A stretch of DNA of 64,000 nucleotides from Antedon mediterranea (GCF_964355755.1 NC_092676.1:6735888-6799887), one strand, 5' to 3'; positions 12,871 through 27,132 are shown, counted from the stretch's first letter. The notes: generated by a model from the letters alone, not told the origin. Translations and numbers: made by a program.

Positions 12871-13764
12871 ATATATAAAAAATGTACATGCAAAAATTAT
12901 TTTCCTTGACAAAAAAATATGGCAAAACATTCACAATTACATTATTCATTCATTTATACAGCAAACACTTGCTTATTATTATATTATTACAATATATGTA
13001 TAATTGCTTGAAAATCATAAACTTGTACAGTATTATAGTACACTGTAGGTAAACATAATTATACCGTAAATGGTAAATAAATAAACACCAAGATTTCTTG
13101 ATGCTTTAGCAAAATTACTGACGAATGAATATTGTTCATATTTTAGTTTTTTTAGAGTTGTGTACTGGACCTTATGAGAGTCATCATTCATTGTGTAATG
13201 AAGAGACTACAGAGTTATGTAAAGAAATAAAAGGTATTGTAAATGTCTTTGGTAACTGGGTGCCATATAAATGAGAATTTGTTGTGCGGTGGGTTGCAAT
13301 TGCTTGTCAGAGGGGGTGGGGTGCATTCCATCGCATACAAACCAATACATACTACCTGAAGTCTGCAGGAGAAAGGGTATTCCGAATCGTTTGTTTAGGC
13401 CTATACAGTCTTTGGCTATCCAACTTGCTTTATAAAAAGCTTGATTAAAAGGTATATTTCAATTAAGGTACAAATGAAATAAGACAAGAAAGTTGGGATT
13501 CGGTTTACAATTATTTCAATAAACCAAAGTATAACATTACACACAGTGAATGTATTTTTATGTCTCAGTATTAGAATGATTATCAGTTGTAATGAGAGAG
13601 TATGATTAACCTAGTACGTTATTACTGGTGTATATTTTAAATTATGATCCGGTATCTCATCTACTGTAGACATGCATAATCATGTTATTGTTTAACATAT
13701 TTTTTAGCATTAAGTGCATATGACGTTCTCAATACCAATCCATACTAAATCTTTTGTATAATTA

Positions 13765-14459
13765 TACAGTACTATGATTGTGTCATGTGTATCACGTGAT
13801 AGTTTACAATTATCAATAGCAAGTCTACGTAGCTTAGAGTTATTCAAAAGGGTATACAGAAAAGTTACATTAATGTCATTGATATCATTATTCGAAATTT
13901 AGTGCTCTTGCAAATTTACCTTATCTCCTGCATACACTCTAATCACTTCAATAATTATTTTACCTGTTTTAATCATCCAAGAAAAGTTTTAGAAGTTTTG
14001 GAGATTTATTCAAAAAGATACCCAGTAAAATACCATCGATGCCATTAAAATAATTATTACCTATATCAAGCTCTTGTAGTTCAAAGTAATCTCCTACATC
14101 ATAAGCTAATATAATATAATATATATGAAATATATTCATTTTCACACCTGATACATTTCAATTATGCAAAAAAAGTTTAAGCAGTTGAGGAGACTATACT
14201 CAAGATAGTACCCAGTAAAGTATCATCGATGTCACTGATATCATTATTACTAATATTTAGCTCCTGTAATTTAAACTTACCTCCTGTATGACAAGCTGTT
14301 AAAATAAGTGTAATAATTTTATCACCTGATAGTTTACAATCGTTCATGTGAAGTTTACGCAGTTGAGGTGACTTACGCAAGAAAGTACCCAGTAAAGTAC
14401 CATCGATGTCACTCAAATCATTATTCCAAATATATAGCTCTTGTAGATCAAAGTGATCA
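13765..14459 (-). pseudogene. Severed, decayed original 3' end of the NLR-A LRR array
   Basis: HFDLQELYIWNNDLSDIDGTLLGTFLRKSPQLRKLHMNDC continues the repeat register broken at 17379; frameshifts and in-frame stops follow (e.g. aat tga aat near 14160). Confidence 0.9.
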
Positions 14460-17379
14460 AAGGGGGATGTGTAGCATTGTACATACACTCAAATATATCA
14501 TATCAAATAAGAAATGACTTGTCTGCTATGATAAACGAGGGAGAGTGCATTATAATTGAATTAAAAAATAATGACAAATCAATTATATGTGGAATAATCT
14601 ACAGGCCCCCTAAAGCCCATATTCCAACATTTAATAATCAACTTAGTGAATTAATGCACATGATAAACAATAAAAATAAAAAGGCATACCTTATGGGTGA
14701 CTTTAACCTAGATCTACAAAAATATAACTGTGACAATAATGTTCAAACTCACGCAGACAACATGCTAACAGAATCTTTCATTCCACTAGTTAATAAACCC
14801 ACTCGAATCACAAAAGATACCGCAACAGTAATTGACAATATTTATACCAATTATCAGGAATTCCAAAATATTAACACAGGGATATTAGTTAACGACATAT
14901 CTGACCACTTTGCTGTTTTCTGCATGGATGATTCAGAAAATTATTCATTACCACGATCAGAAACATTTATAATAAAAAGAAGCTATACTGATCAACAAAA
15001 ACGGCAATTTAGACTTGAATTACAGGGCTATGATTGGCAATATGTAACTAGCATTGAAAATGCGAATGAATCATATAAACGTTTCTCAGATTCTTTAAAA
15101 ACAATGATAGATAAGCATTTCCCACTAAAAAGAGTTAGGTTAAAAGTAGATATAATTAAATCCCCGTGGATAACATATGGAATTCAAAAATCTCTTTGTA
15201 CCAAAAATAAATTATACATCAAATATAAACAGAAACCAACAGATATAAATAAATCTAAATAAAAGAAATATAAAAATAACTTAACATCAATAATAAGAGA
15301 AAGAAAAACTACTTATTACAAAAATGAATTTGAAAAGCACAAGAGTAATATAAAGAAAACATGGGGTGTCATAAACTCATTATTAGGTAGGAAGAAACAT
15401 CAAGACATGCCTCAAAAATTAAAATCAACTCCCATCAACTTAAGGACCCAACATCCATAGCCAATGCGTTTAACACATACTTTATAAATATAGGTGACCA
15501 AATGATAGGTGATGATAACCGTAATAGTAACACCGAATATAAAATACAACATGACATTTTGAATTCAATGTTTTTTAGAGCTGTATCCGAGTCCGATATC
15601 ATTAAATACATTAATGACTTAAATGTAAATAAGTCAAGTGGTTGTGATGACATTGGTACCATTTATATAAAAAATAACTCAGATATACTGGCTAAACCGT
15701 TATCTCATATAATCAATGTATCCCTTCAATCGGGTGTATTTCCTTGTCAACTAAAAATTGCTAAAACAATTCCTGTGTATAAAAAAGGAGCAAGGGAGAA
15801 CATAGAAAATTATAGACCGATATCGATATTACCATGTATATCTGATGTTACATGAATCTCAATATGGATTCAGGGCAGGCCATTCAACTAACCACGCCCT
15901 CCTACAAGTCCTTGATAAAATAACAACAGCCGTTGACAACAAGCAATTTATGATTGGCGTATTTTTGGATTTATCCAAGGCGTTCGATTCGATAGATCAT
16001 GAATTATTGCTCACAAAATTGCCCCTTTATGGAATAAGATGCGTGGTTCTTGATTGGTACCGAAGCTACCTTAGTGAAAGACAACAATTCGTACAAATTG
16101 GGAAGTGTCAGTCTGTAACCAAAATAATAAAACAAGGCGTTCCACAAGGGTCAATCCATGGACCCCTGCTGTTTTTGATTTTCATAAATGACATGTTTTC
16201 TGTAAGTAATGTCGTTGATTTAATAATGTTTGCAGATGATACGAATATGTTTTTACAACACAATGATATTGTCACTGCCTACAATAATGACAAATGAACT
16301 AAATAAAATTGAGAAATGGTGTAAAACTAATAGATTAACTATTAATACAACCAAGACTACGTTTATGATATTTAGTGGAAAGAATACCAACATTGACACA
16401 TCCCAATTTGTACTTTCAATAAATAGAGTTTCAATAGATAGAGTACCATATACAAAATTTCTCGGTGTCATCATTGATGAGAAACTGAACTTTAGACACC
16501 ATACTAATGCAGTTTCTTGTAAAGCATCCTCAATAATTGGTGCCATGTGTCATATAAAAAATTTAGTATCTACTGAAGTGTTACTTACCATATACAAGAC
16601 ACTTATATTACCAGTGTTGACATATGGTATTATTGTATGGGGTGCGGGAATCAAAGAAAATTTGGATCGCCTTATTGCTTCAGAAAAAAGCTCTTAGGAT
16701 CATTTGTAAGGTAGCCTTTCATCATCCCTCTTCTCAGCTCTTTGTGAAAACGGGCACATTTAATATATTTGATTTGTATAAAAACAGTGTTTTAAATTTT
16801 ATGTTCAAATACCAAAAAGGACAACTTCCAAAATGTTTTAATTCTTTATTCAGTTTATTTGATAATTATCATACATATAACACTCGAAATAAAGAAAATT
16901 ATTGTATAAAATTAAAATCAACTAATATGGGTCAGCAAAGTATAGCATATAGAGGACTTAAGCTATGGAATCAACTTATAAGAAATATAAGAGAGAGTGA
17001 AAATATATCAATATTTAAAAAACTATTACTAAATAAATGCATTAATAGTTATAAAGAAACAATATATCTCTGCGAAAACAACATTTGTAAAATATGTCTA
17101 ACTTTAACTTAATTAATTAAATTTTCGTATATATTCTGAGACTGTGATGTATATATATATTATATTATAGTACGTTGTATTTTCCTTCATTTATTTACTA
17201 CATGAAAACATTTTTGTAATATATTTGTAAATTTATATTTTAAGTTAGGGTGCCACAGATTAAAAGCTTCGCTTGCTTGTGGTTATCCTGTTTTTCACAC
17301 TTTATTGTACTTAATTTTATATTTATATTTTTATGAATGTTGTGTGAAAAATAAAAGAATCAATCAATCAATCAATCAA
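14460..17379 (+). mobile_element. L2/CR1-group LINE (endonuclease + RT), 5'-truncated and disabled, inserted antisense in NLR-A
   Basis: Endonuclease motifs IYRPP, MGDFNLD, PTRIT, SDHFAV; RT motifs QYGFR, FLDLSKAFD, GVPQGS, FADDT; 3' UTR stem-loop and (AATC)n tail; one stop at 15260 and about four frameshifts. Confidence 0.96.
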
Positions 17380-20300
17380 TCTCCTGCGTCATAAGCTGTT
17401 ATTATTGTATTCATTTTCTCACCTGATAAATTGCAATTATGCATAAAAAGTTTAAGCATTTTACGAGACTTACACAAGAAAGTACCTAGTAAAGTACCAT
17501 CGATGTCACTGAGATCATTATTGTCAATATATAGCTCTTGTAGTTCAAAGTGATCTCCTACATCATAGGCTGTGATAAGTGTATTCATTTTCTCACCTGA
17601 TAGTTTACAATCATTCATGTAAAGTTTACGCAGTTGAGGTGACTTACGCAAGAAAGTACCCAGTAAAGTATCATTGATGTCACTGAAATCATTATTCCAA
17701 ATATATAGCTCTTGTAGTTCAAAGTGATTTCCTACATCATATGCTGTGATAAGTGTATTCATTTTCTCACCTGATAGTTTACAATCATTCATGTGAAGTT
17801 TACGCAGTTGAGGTGACTTACCCAAGAAAGTACCCAGTAAAGTACCATTTATGTCACTGAAATCATTATTCCAAATACATAGCTCTTGTAGTTTTAAGTG
17901 ATCTCCTGTATCATAAGCTGTTATTATTGTATTCATTTTCTCACCTGATAGTTTACAATCATTCATGTAAAGTTCACGCAGTTGAGGTGACTTACGCAAG
18001 AAAGTGCCCAGTAAAGTACCATTTATGTCACTGAAATCATTACTCCCAATATATAGCTCTTGTAGTTCAAAATGATCTCCTGTGTCATAATCTGTTATTA
18101 TTGTATTCATTTTCTCACCTGATAAATTGCAATTATGCAAAACAAGTTTAAGCAATTGAGGAGACTTGCACAAGAAAGTACCTAGTATAGTGCCATCGAT
18201 ATCACTGAGATCATTATTGTTAATATATAGCTCTTGTAGGTCAAAGTGATCTCCTACATCATAGGCTGTGATAAGTGTATTCATTTTCTCACCTGATAGT
18301 TTACAATCATTCATGTGAAGTTTACGCAGTTGAGGTGACTTACGCAAAAAAGTACCCAGTAAAGTATCATTGATGTCACTGAAATCATTATTCCAAATAT
18401 ATAGCTCTTGTAGTTCAAAGTGAAACCCTACATCAATAGCTGTGATAACTCTATTCATTTTCTCACCTGATAATTTACAATCATTCATGTGAAGTTTACG
18501 CACTTGAGGTGACTTACGCAAGAAAGTACCTAGTAAAGTACCATCGATGTCACTGAGATCATTATTGTCAATATATAGCTCTTGTAGTTCAAAGTGATCT
18601 CCTGTATCATAAGCTGTTATAATAGTATTCGTTTTTTCACCCGATAAATTGCAATTACCTATGTCAAGAATAATCAACGTATGTGACTTACTCAAGAAAG
18701 TACCCAGTAAAGTATCATTGATGTCACTGAAATCATTATTCCAAATATATAGCTCTTGTAGTTCAAAGTGATTTCCTACATCATATGCTGTGATAAGTGT
18801 ATTCATTTTCTCACCTGATAGTTTACAATCATTCATGTGAAGTTTACGCAGTTGAGGTGACTTACCCAAGAAAGTACCCAGTAAAGTACCATCGATGTCA
18901 CTGAGATCATTATTGTCAATATATAGCTCTTGTAGTTCAAAGTGATCTCCTACATCATAGGCTGTGATAAGTGTATTCATTTTCTCACCTGATAGTTTAC
19001 AATCATTCATGTAAAGTTTACGCAGTTGAGGTGACTTACGCAAGAAAGTACCCAGTAAAGTATCATTGATGTCACTGAAATCATTATTCCAAATATATAG
19101 CTCTTGTAGTTCAAAGTGATTTCCTACATCATATGCTGTGATAAGTGTATTCATTTTCTCACCTGATAGTTTACAATCATTCATGTGAAGTTTACGCAGT
19201 TGAGGTGACTTACCCAAGAAAGTACCCAGTAAAGTACCATTTATGTCACTGAAATCATTATTCCAAATACATAGCTCTTGTAGTTTTAAGTGATCTCCTG
19301 TATCATAAGCTGTTATTATTGTATTCATTTTCTCACCTGATAGTTTACAATCATTCATGTAAAGTTCACGCAGTTGAGGTGACTTACGCAAGAAAGTGCC
19401 CAGTAAAGTACCATTTATGTCACTGAAATCATTACTCCCAATATATAGCTCTTGTAGTTCAAAATGATCTCCTGTGTCATAATCTGTTATTATTGTATTC
19501 ATTTTCTCACCTGATAAATTGCAATTATGCATAACAAGTTTAAGCAATTGAGGAGACTTGCACAAGAAAGTACCTAGTATAGTGCCATCGATATCACTGA
19601 GATCATTATTGTTAATATATAGCTCTTGTAGGTCAAAGTGATCTCCTACATCATAGGCTGTGATAAGTGTATTCATTTTCTCACCTGATAGTTTACAATC
19701 ATTCATGTGAAGTTTACGCAGTTGAGGTGACTTACCCAAGAAAGTACCCAGTAAAGTACCATTTATGTCACTAAAATCATTATTCCCAATATATAGCTCT
19801 TGTAGTTTTAAGTGATATCCTACTTCATAAGCTGTTATTATTGTATTCATTTTCCAACCTGATAAATTGCAATTTTGCAAAACAAGTTTAAACAATTGAG
19901 GAGACTTGCACAAGAAAGTACCTAGTATAGTGCCATCGATATCACTGAGATTAGTATTGTTAATATATAGTTCTTGTAGTTCAAATTGATCTCCTACATC
20001 ATAGGCTGTAATAACTCTATTCATTTTCTCACCTGATAATTTACAATCATTCATGTAAAGTTTACGCAGTTGAGGTGACTTACGCAAGAAAGTACCCAGT
20101 AAAGTACCATTTATGTCACTGAAATCATTATTCCAAATACATAGCTCTTGTAGTTTTAAGTGATCTCCTGTGTCATAAGCTGTTATTATTGTATTCATTT
20201 TCTCACCTGATGAATTGCAATTTTGCATAACAAGTTTAAGCAATTGAGTAGACTTGCACAAGAAAGTACCTAGTATAGTGCCATCGATATCACTGAGATC

Positions 20301-23300
20301 ATTATTGTTAATATATAGCTCTTGTAGTTCAAAGTGATCTCCTACATCATAGGCTGTGATAAGTGTATTCATTTTCTCACCTGATAGTTTACAATCATTC
20401 ATGTAAAGTTTACGCAGTTGAGGTGACTTACCCAATAAAGTACCCAGTAAAGTACCATTTATGTCACTGAAATTATTAGTCCAAATACATAGCTCTTGTA
20501 GTTTTAAGTGATCTCCTGTGTCATAAGCTGTTATTATTGTATTCATTTTCTCACCTGATAAATTGCAATTTTGCATAACAAGTTTAAGCAATTGAGTAGA
20601 CTTGCACAAGAAAGTACCTAGTATAGTGCCATCGATATCACTGAGATCATTATTGTTAATATATAGCTCTTGTAGTTCAAAGTGATCTCCTACATCATAG
20701 GCTGTGATAAGTGTATTCATTTTCTCACCTGATAGTTTACAATCATTCATGTAAAGTTTACGCACTTGAGGTGACTTACCCAAGAAAGTACCCAGTAAAG
20801 TACCATTTATGTCACTAAAATCATTATTCCCAATATATAGCTCTTGTAGTTTTAAGTGATATCCTACTTCATAAGCTGTTATTATTGTATTCATTTTCCA
20901 ACCTGATAAATTGCAATTTTGCAAAACAAGTTTAAACAATTGAGGAGACTTGCACAAGAAAGTACCTAGTATAGTGCCATCGATATCACTGAGATTAGTA
21001 TTGTTAATATATAGTTCTTGTAGTTCAAATTGATCTCCTACATCATAGGCTGTAATAACTCTATTCATTTTCTCACCTGATAATTTACAATCATTCATGT
21101 AAAGTTTACGCAGTTGAGGTGACTTACGCAAGAAAGTACCCAGTAAAGTACCATTTATGTCACTGAAATCATTATTCCAAATACATAGCTCTTGTAGTTT
21201 TAAGTGATCTCCTGTGTCATAAGCTGTTATTATTGTATTCATTTTCTCACCTGATAAATTGCAATTATGCATAACAAGTTTAAGCAATTGAGGAGACTTG
21301 CACAAGAAAGTACCTAGTATAGTGCCATCGATATCACTGAGATCATTATTGTTAATATATAGCTCTTGTAGGTCAAAGTGATCTCCTACATCATAGGCTG
21401 TGATAAGTGTATTCATTTTCTCACCTGATAGTTTACAATCATTCATGTGAAGTTTACGCAGTTGAGGTGACTTACCCAAGAAAGTACCCAGTAAAGTACC
21501 ATTTATGTCACTAAAATCATTATTCCCAATATATAGCTCTTGTAGTTTTAAGTGATATCCTACTTCATAAGCTGTTATTATTGTATTCATTTTCCAACCT
21601 GATAAATTGCAATTTTGCAAAACAAGTTTAAACAATTGAGGAGACTTGCACAAGAAAGTACCTAGTATAGTGCCATCGATATCACTGAGATTAGTATTGT
21701 TAATATATAGTTCTTGTAGTTCAAATTGATCTCCTACATCATAGGCTGTAATAACTCTATTCATTTTCTCACCTGATAATTTACAATCATTCATGTAAAG
21801 TTTACGCAGTTGAGGTGACTTATGCAAGAAAGTACCCAGTAAAGTACCATTTATGTCACTGAAATCATTATTCCAAATACATAGCTCTTGTAGTTTTAAG
21901 TGATCTCCTGTGTCATAAGCTGTTATTATTGTATTCATTTTCTCACCTGATAAATTGCAATTATGCATAACAAGTTTAAGCAATTGAGGAGACTTGCACA
22001 AGAAAGTACCTAGTATAGTGCCATCGATATCACTGAGATTAGTATTGTTAATATATAGTTCTTGTAGTTCAAATTGATCTCCTACATCATAGGCTGTGAT
22101 AACTGTACTCATTTTCTCACCTGATAGTTTACAATCATTCATGTGAAGTTTACGCAGTTGAGGTGACTTACCCAAGAAAGTACCCAGTAAAGTACCATTT
22201 ATGTTACTGAAATCATTATTCCAAATAGAGAGCTCTTGTAGTTTTAAGTGATCTCCTGCGTCATAAGCTGTTATTATTGTATTCATTTTCTCACCTGATA
22301 AATTGCAATTATGCATAACAAGTTCAATCAGTTTACGAGACTTACACAAGAAAGCACCCAGTAAAGTACAATCGATATTACCGAGATCATTATTGTTAAT
22401 ATATAGCTCTTGTAGTTCAAATTGATCTCCTACATCATAGGCTGTGATAACTGTACTCATTTTCTCACCTGATAGTTTACAATCATTCATGTGAAGTTTA
22501 CGCAGTTGAGGTGACTTACGCAAGAAAGTACCCAGTAAAGTACCATCGATGCTACTCAAATCATTATTCCAAATATATAGCTCTTGTAGTTCAACGTGAT
22601 CTCTTAAATCATAGGCTGTTATAATTATATTCATTTTCTCACCTGATAGTTTACAATCATTCATGTAAAGTCCACGCAGTTGAGAAGACTTACACAAGAA
22701 ATTACCTAGTAAATTACCATCAATGTCACTAAAATCATTATTACCAATATATAGCTCATGTAATTCGAACTTACCTCCTGTATCATAAGCTGTTATAATT
22801 ATATTCATTTTCTCACCTGATAGTTTACAATCATTCATGTAAAGTCCACGCAGTTGAGAAGACTTACACAAGAAATTACCTAGTAAATTACCATCAATGT
22901 CACTAAAATCATTATTACCAATATATAGCTCATGTAATTCGAACTTACCTCCTGTATCATAAGCTGTTATAATTGTATTCATTTTCTCACCTGACAGTTT
23001 ACACTTATCCATGTCAAGTGTACGCAATTTAGGACACTTACTCAAGAATGTACCTAGTAAAAAACCATCAATACTATTGAAATCATTGTCAAACATATAA
23101 AGATCCTGTAATTCTAACTTATCTCCTACATACCCACTCATCATTTCGTTCATTATTTCCCCTGATAATTTACTGGAAAAGATGCTAAGAGTATGCAGCT
23201 TACGAGACCAACCCAAAAAAATACCCAATAAAGTACCATCAATGTCACGGATATCATTTTTCCCAATATAAAGCTCTTGTAAATTTAACGTATCATTTGC

Positions 23301-23632
23301 ATACACTTTTATCATTTCATTCAGCGCGTGTCCTGATAGCTTACAATCATGCATGACAAGTTTACTAAGTTTAGAAGTTTTATGGAATAATGCACCCACC
23401 AAAGTACCGTCAATGTCACTGAAATTATTTTTTCTACTTTTAACATTTTGTATTTCTAACTCTCTTTTTCGATATTCTCTTCTCGTTTCATTAATTAACG
23501 CAACTGGTATTGTGTAAGCCTGTGATTTTATTGTATCTAGTTTAGGGAATTTACTCGAGGATGTAGCCAATGTAGTACTGTCGATTCCAGTGATATCACT
23601 ATTTTCTCGAACGTTAAGTATATTTAGCTTAG
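17376..23632 (-). CDS. NLR-A large exon, distal frame: ~2080 aa of RI-like LRRs
   Basis: Uninterrupted frame of LxxLxIxNNxLS / LxxLxMxDCxLS pairs. It begins at the frameshift near 23632 and ends at a TGA formed in the LINE tail. Confidence 0.88.
17380..23000 (-). repeat. Coding tandem array, 174-bp (58-aa) unit, about 32 copies, with higher-order blocks
   Basis: Unit spacing 174 bp; near-identical blocks at offsets 696, 1044, 1392 and 1740 bp (all multiples of 174). Confidence 0.95.
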
Positions 23633-26156
23633 GTTAGGTTACAGTATCCATTGAATGCAGTTGCTTGTATGCCACTGATATCATTGCCAATATTAAGCTC
23701 CCGTAATTGTAACTTATCACCTTCATACATTTTTATCAATTTGTTCAATAAATCACCCGATAGTTTGCATTCATGCATGTCAAGTATACTCAGATTAGGA
23801 CATTTACTCAAGAAAGTACCCATTAAAGTATCATCAATGCTACTGATATCATTATTAGCAATATTAATCACTTGTATTTCTGATTCATCTACTATAATAT
23901 ACTCTTTTATCATTTTGTTCATTATGGCACCTGTTAGGTTACAGTTATGCAGGTCAAGTTTAAGAAGCTTAGGAGACAATCTTAATAAAGTACCAAGTAA
24001 AGTGCCATCAACTTCATTGATGTCATTTTCCTCAATACAAAGCTCTTGTAATTGTGACTTACTTCCAGTATACTCGCTTATGATTTTATTCATTACATCG
24101 CCCGATAGTTTACAACCATGCATGTCAAGTCTAAGTAGGGTAGGCATCTTACTCAAGAAGGTACCAAATAAAGTACCATCAATGTTGCTGAGATTATTTT
24201 CAGCTATGATGAACATTAATATTTTTGGCGTATCTTTCTCACTACACTTACAGATACCATCGATTACTTTTCCTGATAGATTGCAATGACTCATCTCAAA
24301 TGAAATATAAAAGGGAGACAACCTCATTAAATAATGCAGTAATTTATAATCGATGTTTATGAGATTATTATTGCTTATATTGAGGTTGTTTATTATCAAC
24401 CCACCACCCATTACAGACCACTCTCTAATCATATCATTCATTACATCACCTGACAGATTGCAATTACGTATGTCCAGTGTAGGTGTAAAGAAATATGTTA
24501 TATGTGCAAGAATTTTTCCTCTGCTATCAATAGATAATGTATTACAGAATTTCTTTAAATCATGCTCAATAAGATTCATTTTACTGAGTTGCCATATACA
24601 ATGCATAAAATGCTCACCCACCCCTAAATTTGGATTGAAGTGCGCAATAAACATGTTTAATGAGTTTGATAAGGCTGTGTGTTGTAGGTTCATATTGTCC
24701 ATGTGATATGTAAGGTCCTTGTTCACATAATCATGATGTTCATCTGTTACACATTTAAAGTAAGTATGTATCAAAGGACGATACGTTGATACATCACAAG
24801 TAACCCAATGCTTTAAGAATTTACCTGCATTTATACCAAGAAATCCAACTGCAAAGCTATTTGCCATTGTTAAATATGGACACTTTGTTACTACATTCCA
24901 CTCAGTTTCATATTGTCTAACATATGCTGCGCACTCATTCGTCATACCTTCATTTTCACAGAGTTTGTATAAATAAAACCCTACTAGTGATTCTAGTATT
25001 AATTTATGCTTAGTAGAAAAGAAAACTTCACTTTTGCCTCGTGACCTCGATGCTTCTTCATTAATAAATCCTAGGTTAAGGGTCATCTTAACCATGTCCT
25101 TATTTTTATTAGCTTCCAAATCACTTTTTTTAATTGAAAGCTGATTTTTTTTCAAGGTATCATACATACACTTACCAAGAAAAATCATAGTATTTGCTAA
25201 TTTTTCTGGAATATTTTCAAATTTCAAAACACTTTCTTGGTTTTCATATTTCGCAATGTAATGATTTACATTGCAGCACAAAATTTCTTTGAAAAGGTCA
25301 GCATTATTAGAAGGAAGAATTTGTTTGTCTTCCCAAATAATACAAATTAAGAGAAGTAACAAAGGAGTTTTGCACAATTCATATGCTTCGAAATATTTAC
25401 GTTTATATTTAGGATTATCGTTTTTAACGTCTAATTGCTGCCTAAGAACATTCCCCAATTCAGGTTTTTCAAAAAACTCAAAATGGTTCTTAATATATTC
25501 CCCAATGCTATAATGGTTAAATCCCTTCACTCTTACATGTACATCGCATTTTTTGATAAATTCATCTATATTTTCTAATCGCGAGGTAAGTAGCACAACA
25601 CTCTTTCCTAACGTTTTCTTCTTAAACAGATTCAACAAGTTTTCCTTCTTACAACGTAATTCATCTAAACCATCTATTAAAAACACAGTTTTATGGGCAT
25701 GATTCATTATGAATTTTTTAATTGAGGATGAATCTTGTTGAAGATCTGTTGCCATGTTAAAATCTTCCATATCAAGTTGTTTTTCAATCAGATCAAATAT
25801 TGTGTTGCCTTCCTCTAGATCCCTTACATTAAATAAAAATACAATTTTACCTTCAAATGCGATTGGTTTCTTTTCAGTTGTTCTGTATGCTATGTACCTG
25901 AGTAGAGTTGTTTTGCCAATGCCAGCCTCGCCATCTATAAGAACTTTACATCCACTCGTGGATTCGATCGTGTTTAATAATGCTGGTAACGTCGTTGGAT
26001 GGCTGTCTCTCGTCTTATTGTTTTCTTTGAGAAGGTCCAACTCAGTGAAGATTTTGATGTCTACAATGTCTCTGCTATTCATTATTGATGGTGTGAATGC
26101 TTCGTTCTCCATTTGACATAGTTGTTTTTGTCTTGCAAGCAAGTAATTTTCTATTA
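23629..26156 (-). CDS. NLR-A large exon, proximal frame: NACHT NTPase, winged helix and first LRR block
   Basis: Walker A GEAGIGKTT, Walker B VFLIDGLDE, sensor-1 LLTSR, CKTPLLL, HKLILESLVG; phase-1 acceptor ttttataatag at 26157. Confidence 0.93.
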
Positions 26157-26310
26157 CTATTATAAAATATAAATATCTAAATCTATATATAAATTGACGT
26201 AAGGGCAAAATTCGGTAAATCGCGCGTTATTTCTAGAATGTTTACTCGATGGTATATAAAGTTGGTTCGTACTTTCGGTACTGATTTTAACCACCTGATG
26301 TAACCCTGTT

Positions 26311-27132
26311 TACTAATTAAATTGAGTTCGATAATTAGTTATTGACGATTAAAACGAATTTAGGTTCAACGATTTACCCCAAATAGGGGTGTTTTTCGAT
26401 CGTGGTATACACTGTCTAATGGATGTCCGTCTTGAAAAATACCCGCAGACAATAATACGAGGATGCTTCGCATTTTCCTATCTCCTCCTACGATAATTGT
26501 TTTTAATGGCTGACAACCGGTTGAACAGCTCGAGTACAGCATCATAATGTTGAAGACAGGCCGATTTTCTTAAAAAAAATACTATTTTGATAGATTTAAT
26601 ATACGTTTATACAAATGTATTGATTTGCGATGAATGGAACATTCCAATCTCTGTTCCACAAGTGTCTATTCCCTCAGGCGTCGTAAAGACAAGTACTGTA
26701 TACTCATAACAGAAATTTGATCCATTTTTTTTTTCAATCTGTGCTGCAGAGGTTGGATATAAATTTGTTTTAAACGGATAATGAGCTAGCGTTTTCACTC
26801 GCCGTATATTATGTACAAATCTTTATTATTGCAGTTAAACCACCCACATCATCATCCCTCACTGGCATGAGTAGTGTTGTAAAACCAGTAGAGGATAGGC
26901 CTACGGTACATCACATGCCCTAAACGCAGAACAACTTTGGTGGGTAGGGTAGGAACCAACTTAAGTATGAATTGGCTGTAAGAAACAATTGAAAACCATT
27001 CGGCCTACCAGGGAAGAGTTAATTAATTTAACTCTTCCTTGGGCCTACTACTAATTAAGTTGAGTTAGATAATTGAATATTTATTGACGATTAAATCGAA
27101 TTTATGATTTTCACCGAATAGAGGTGGTTTTC
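26311..27132. repeat. Pair of ~90-bp imperfect direct repeats (26311-26400 and 27049-27132) in the NLR-A intron
   Basis: actaattaa.ttgagtt.gataatt...ttattgacgattaaa.cgaattta occurs twice. Confidence 0.65.

Noticed and set aside
13765-14459. VLR-style donor cassettes for somatic LRR assembly
   Set aside because: It is the collinear, in-register original gene end displaced by a LINE. No flanking cassette library or recombination signals are visible.
14177-14488. Stand-alone 103-aa LRR gene
   Set aside because: Chimeric: its start lies in the LINE antisense strand and the rest is the severed NLR-A tail.
23651-26116. Plus-strand ORFs over NLR-A (and 45093-53420 over NLR-B), similar between copies
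   Set aside because: Antisense shadows of the NLR frames; their similarity simply follows the paralogy.
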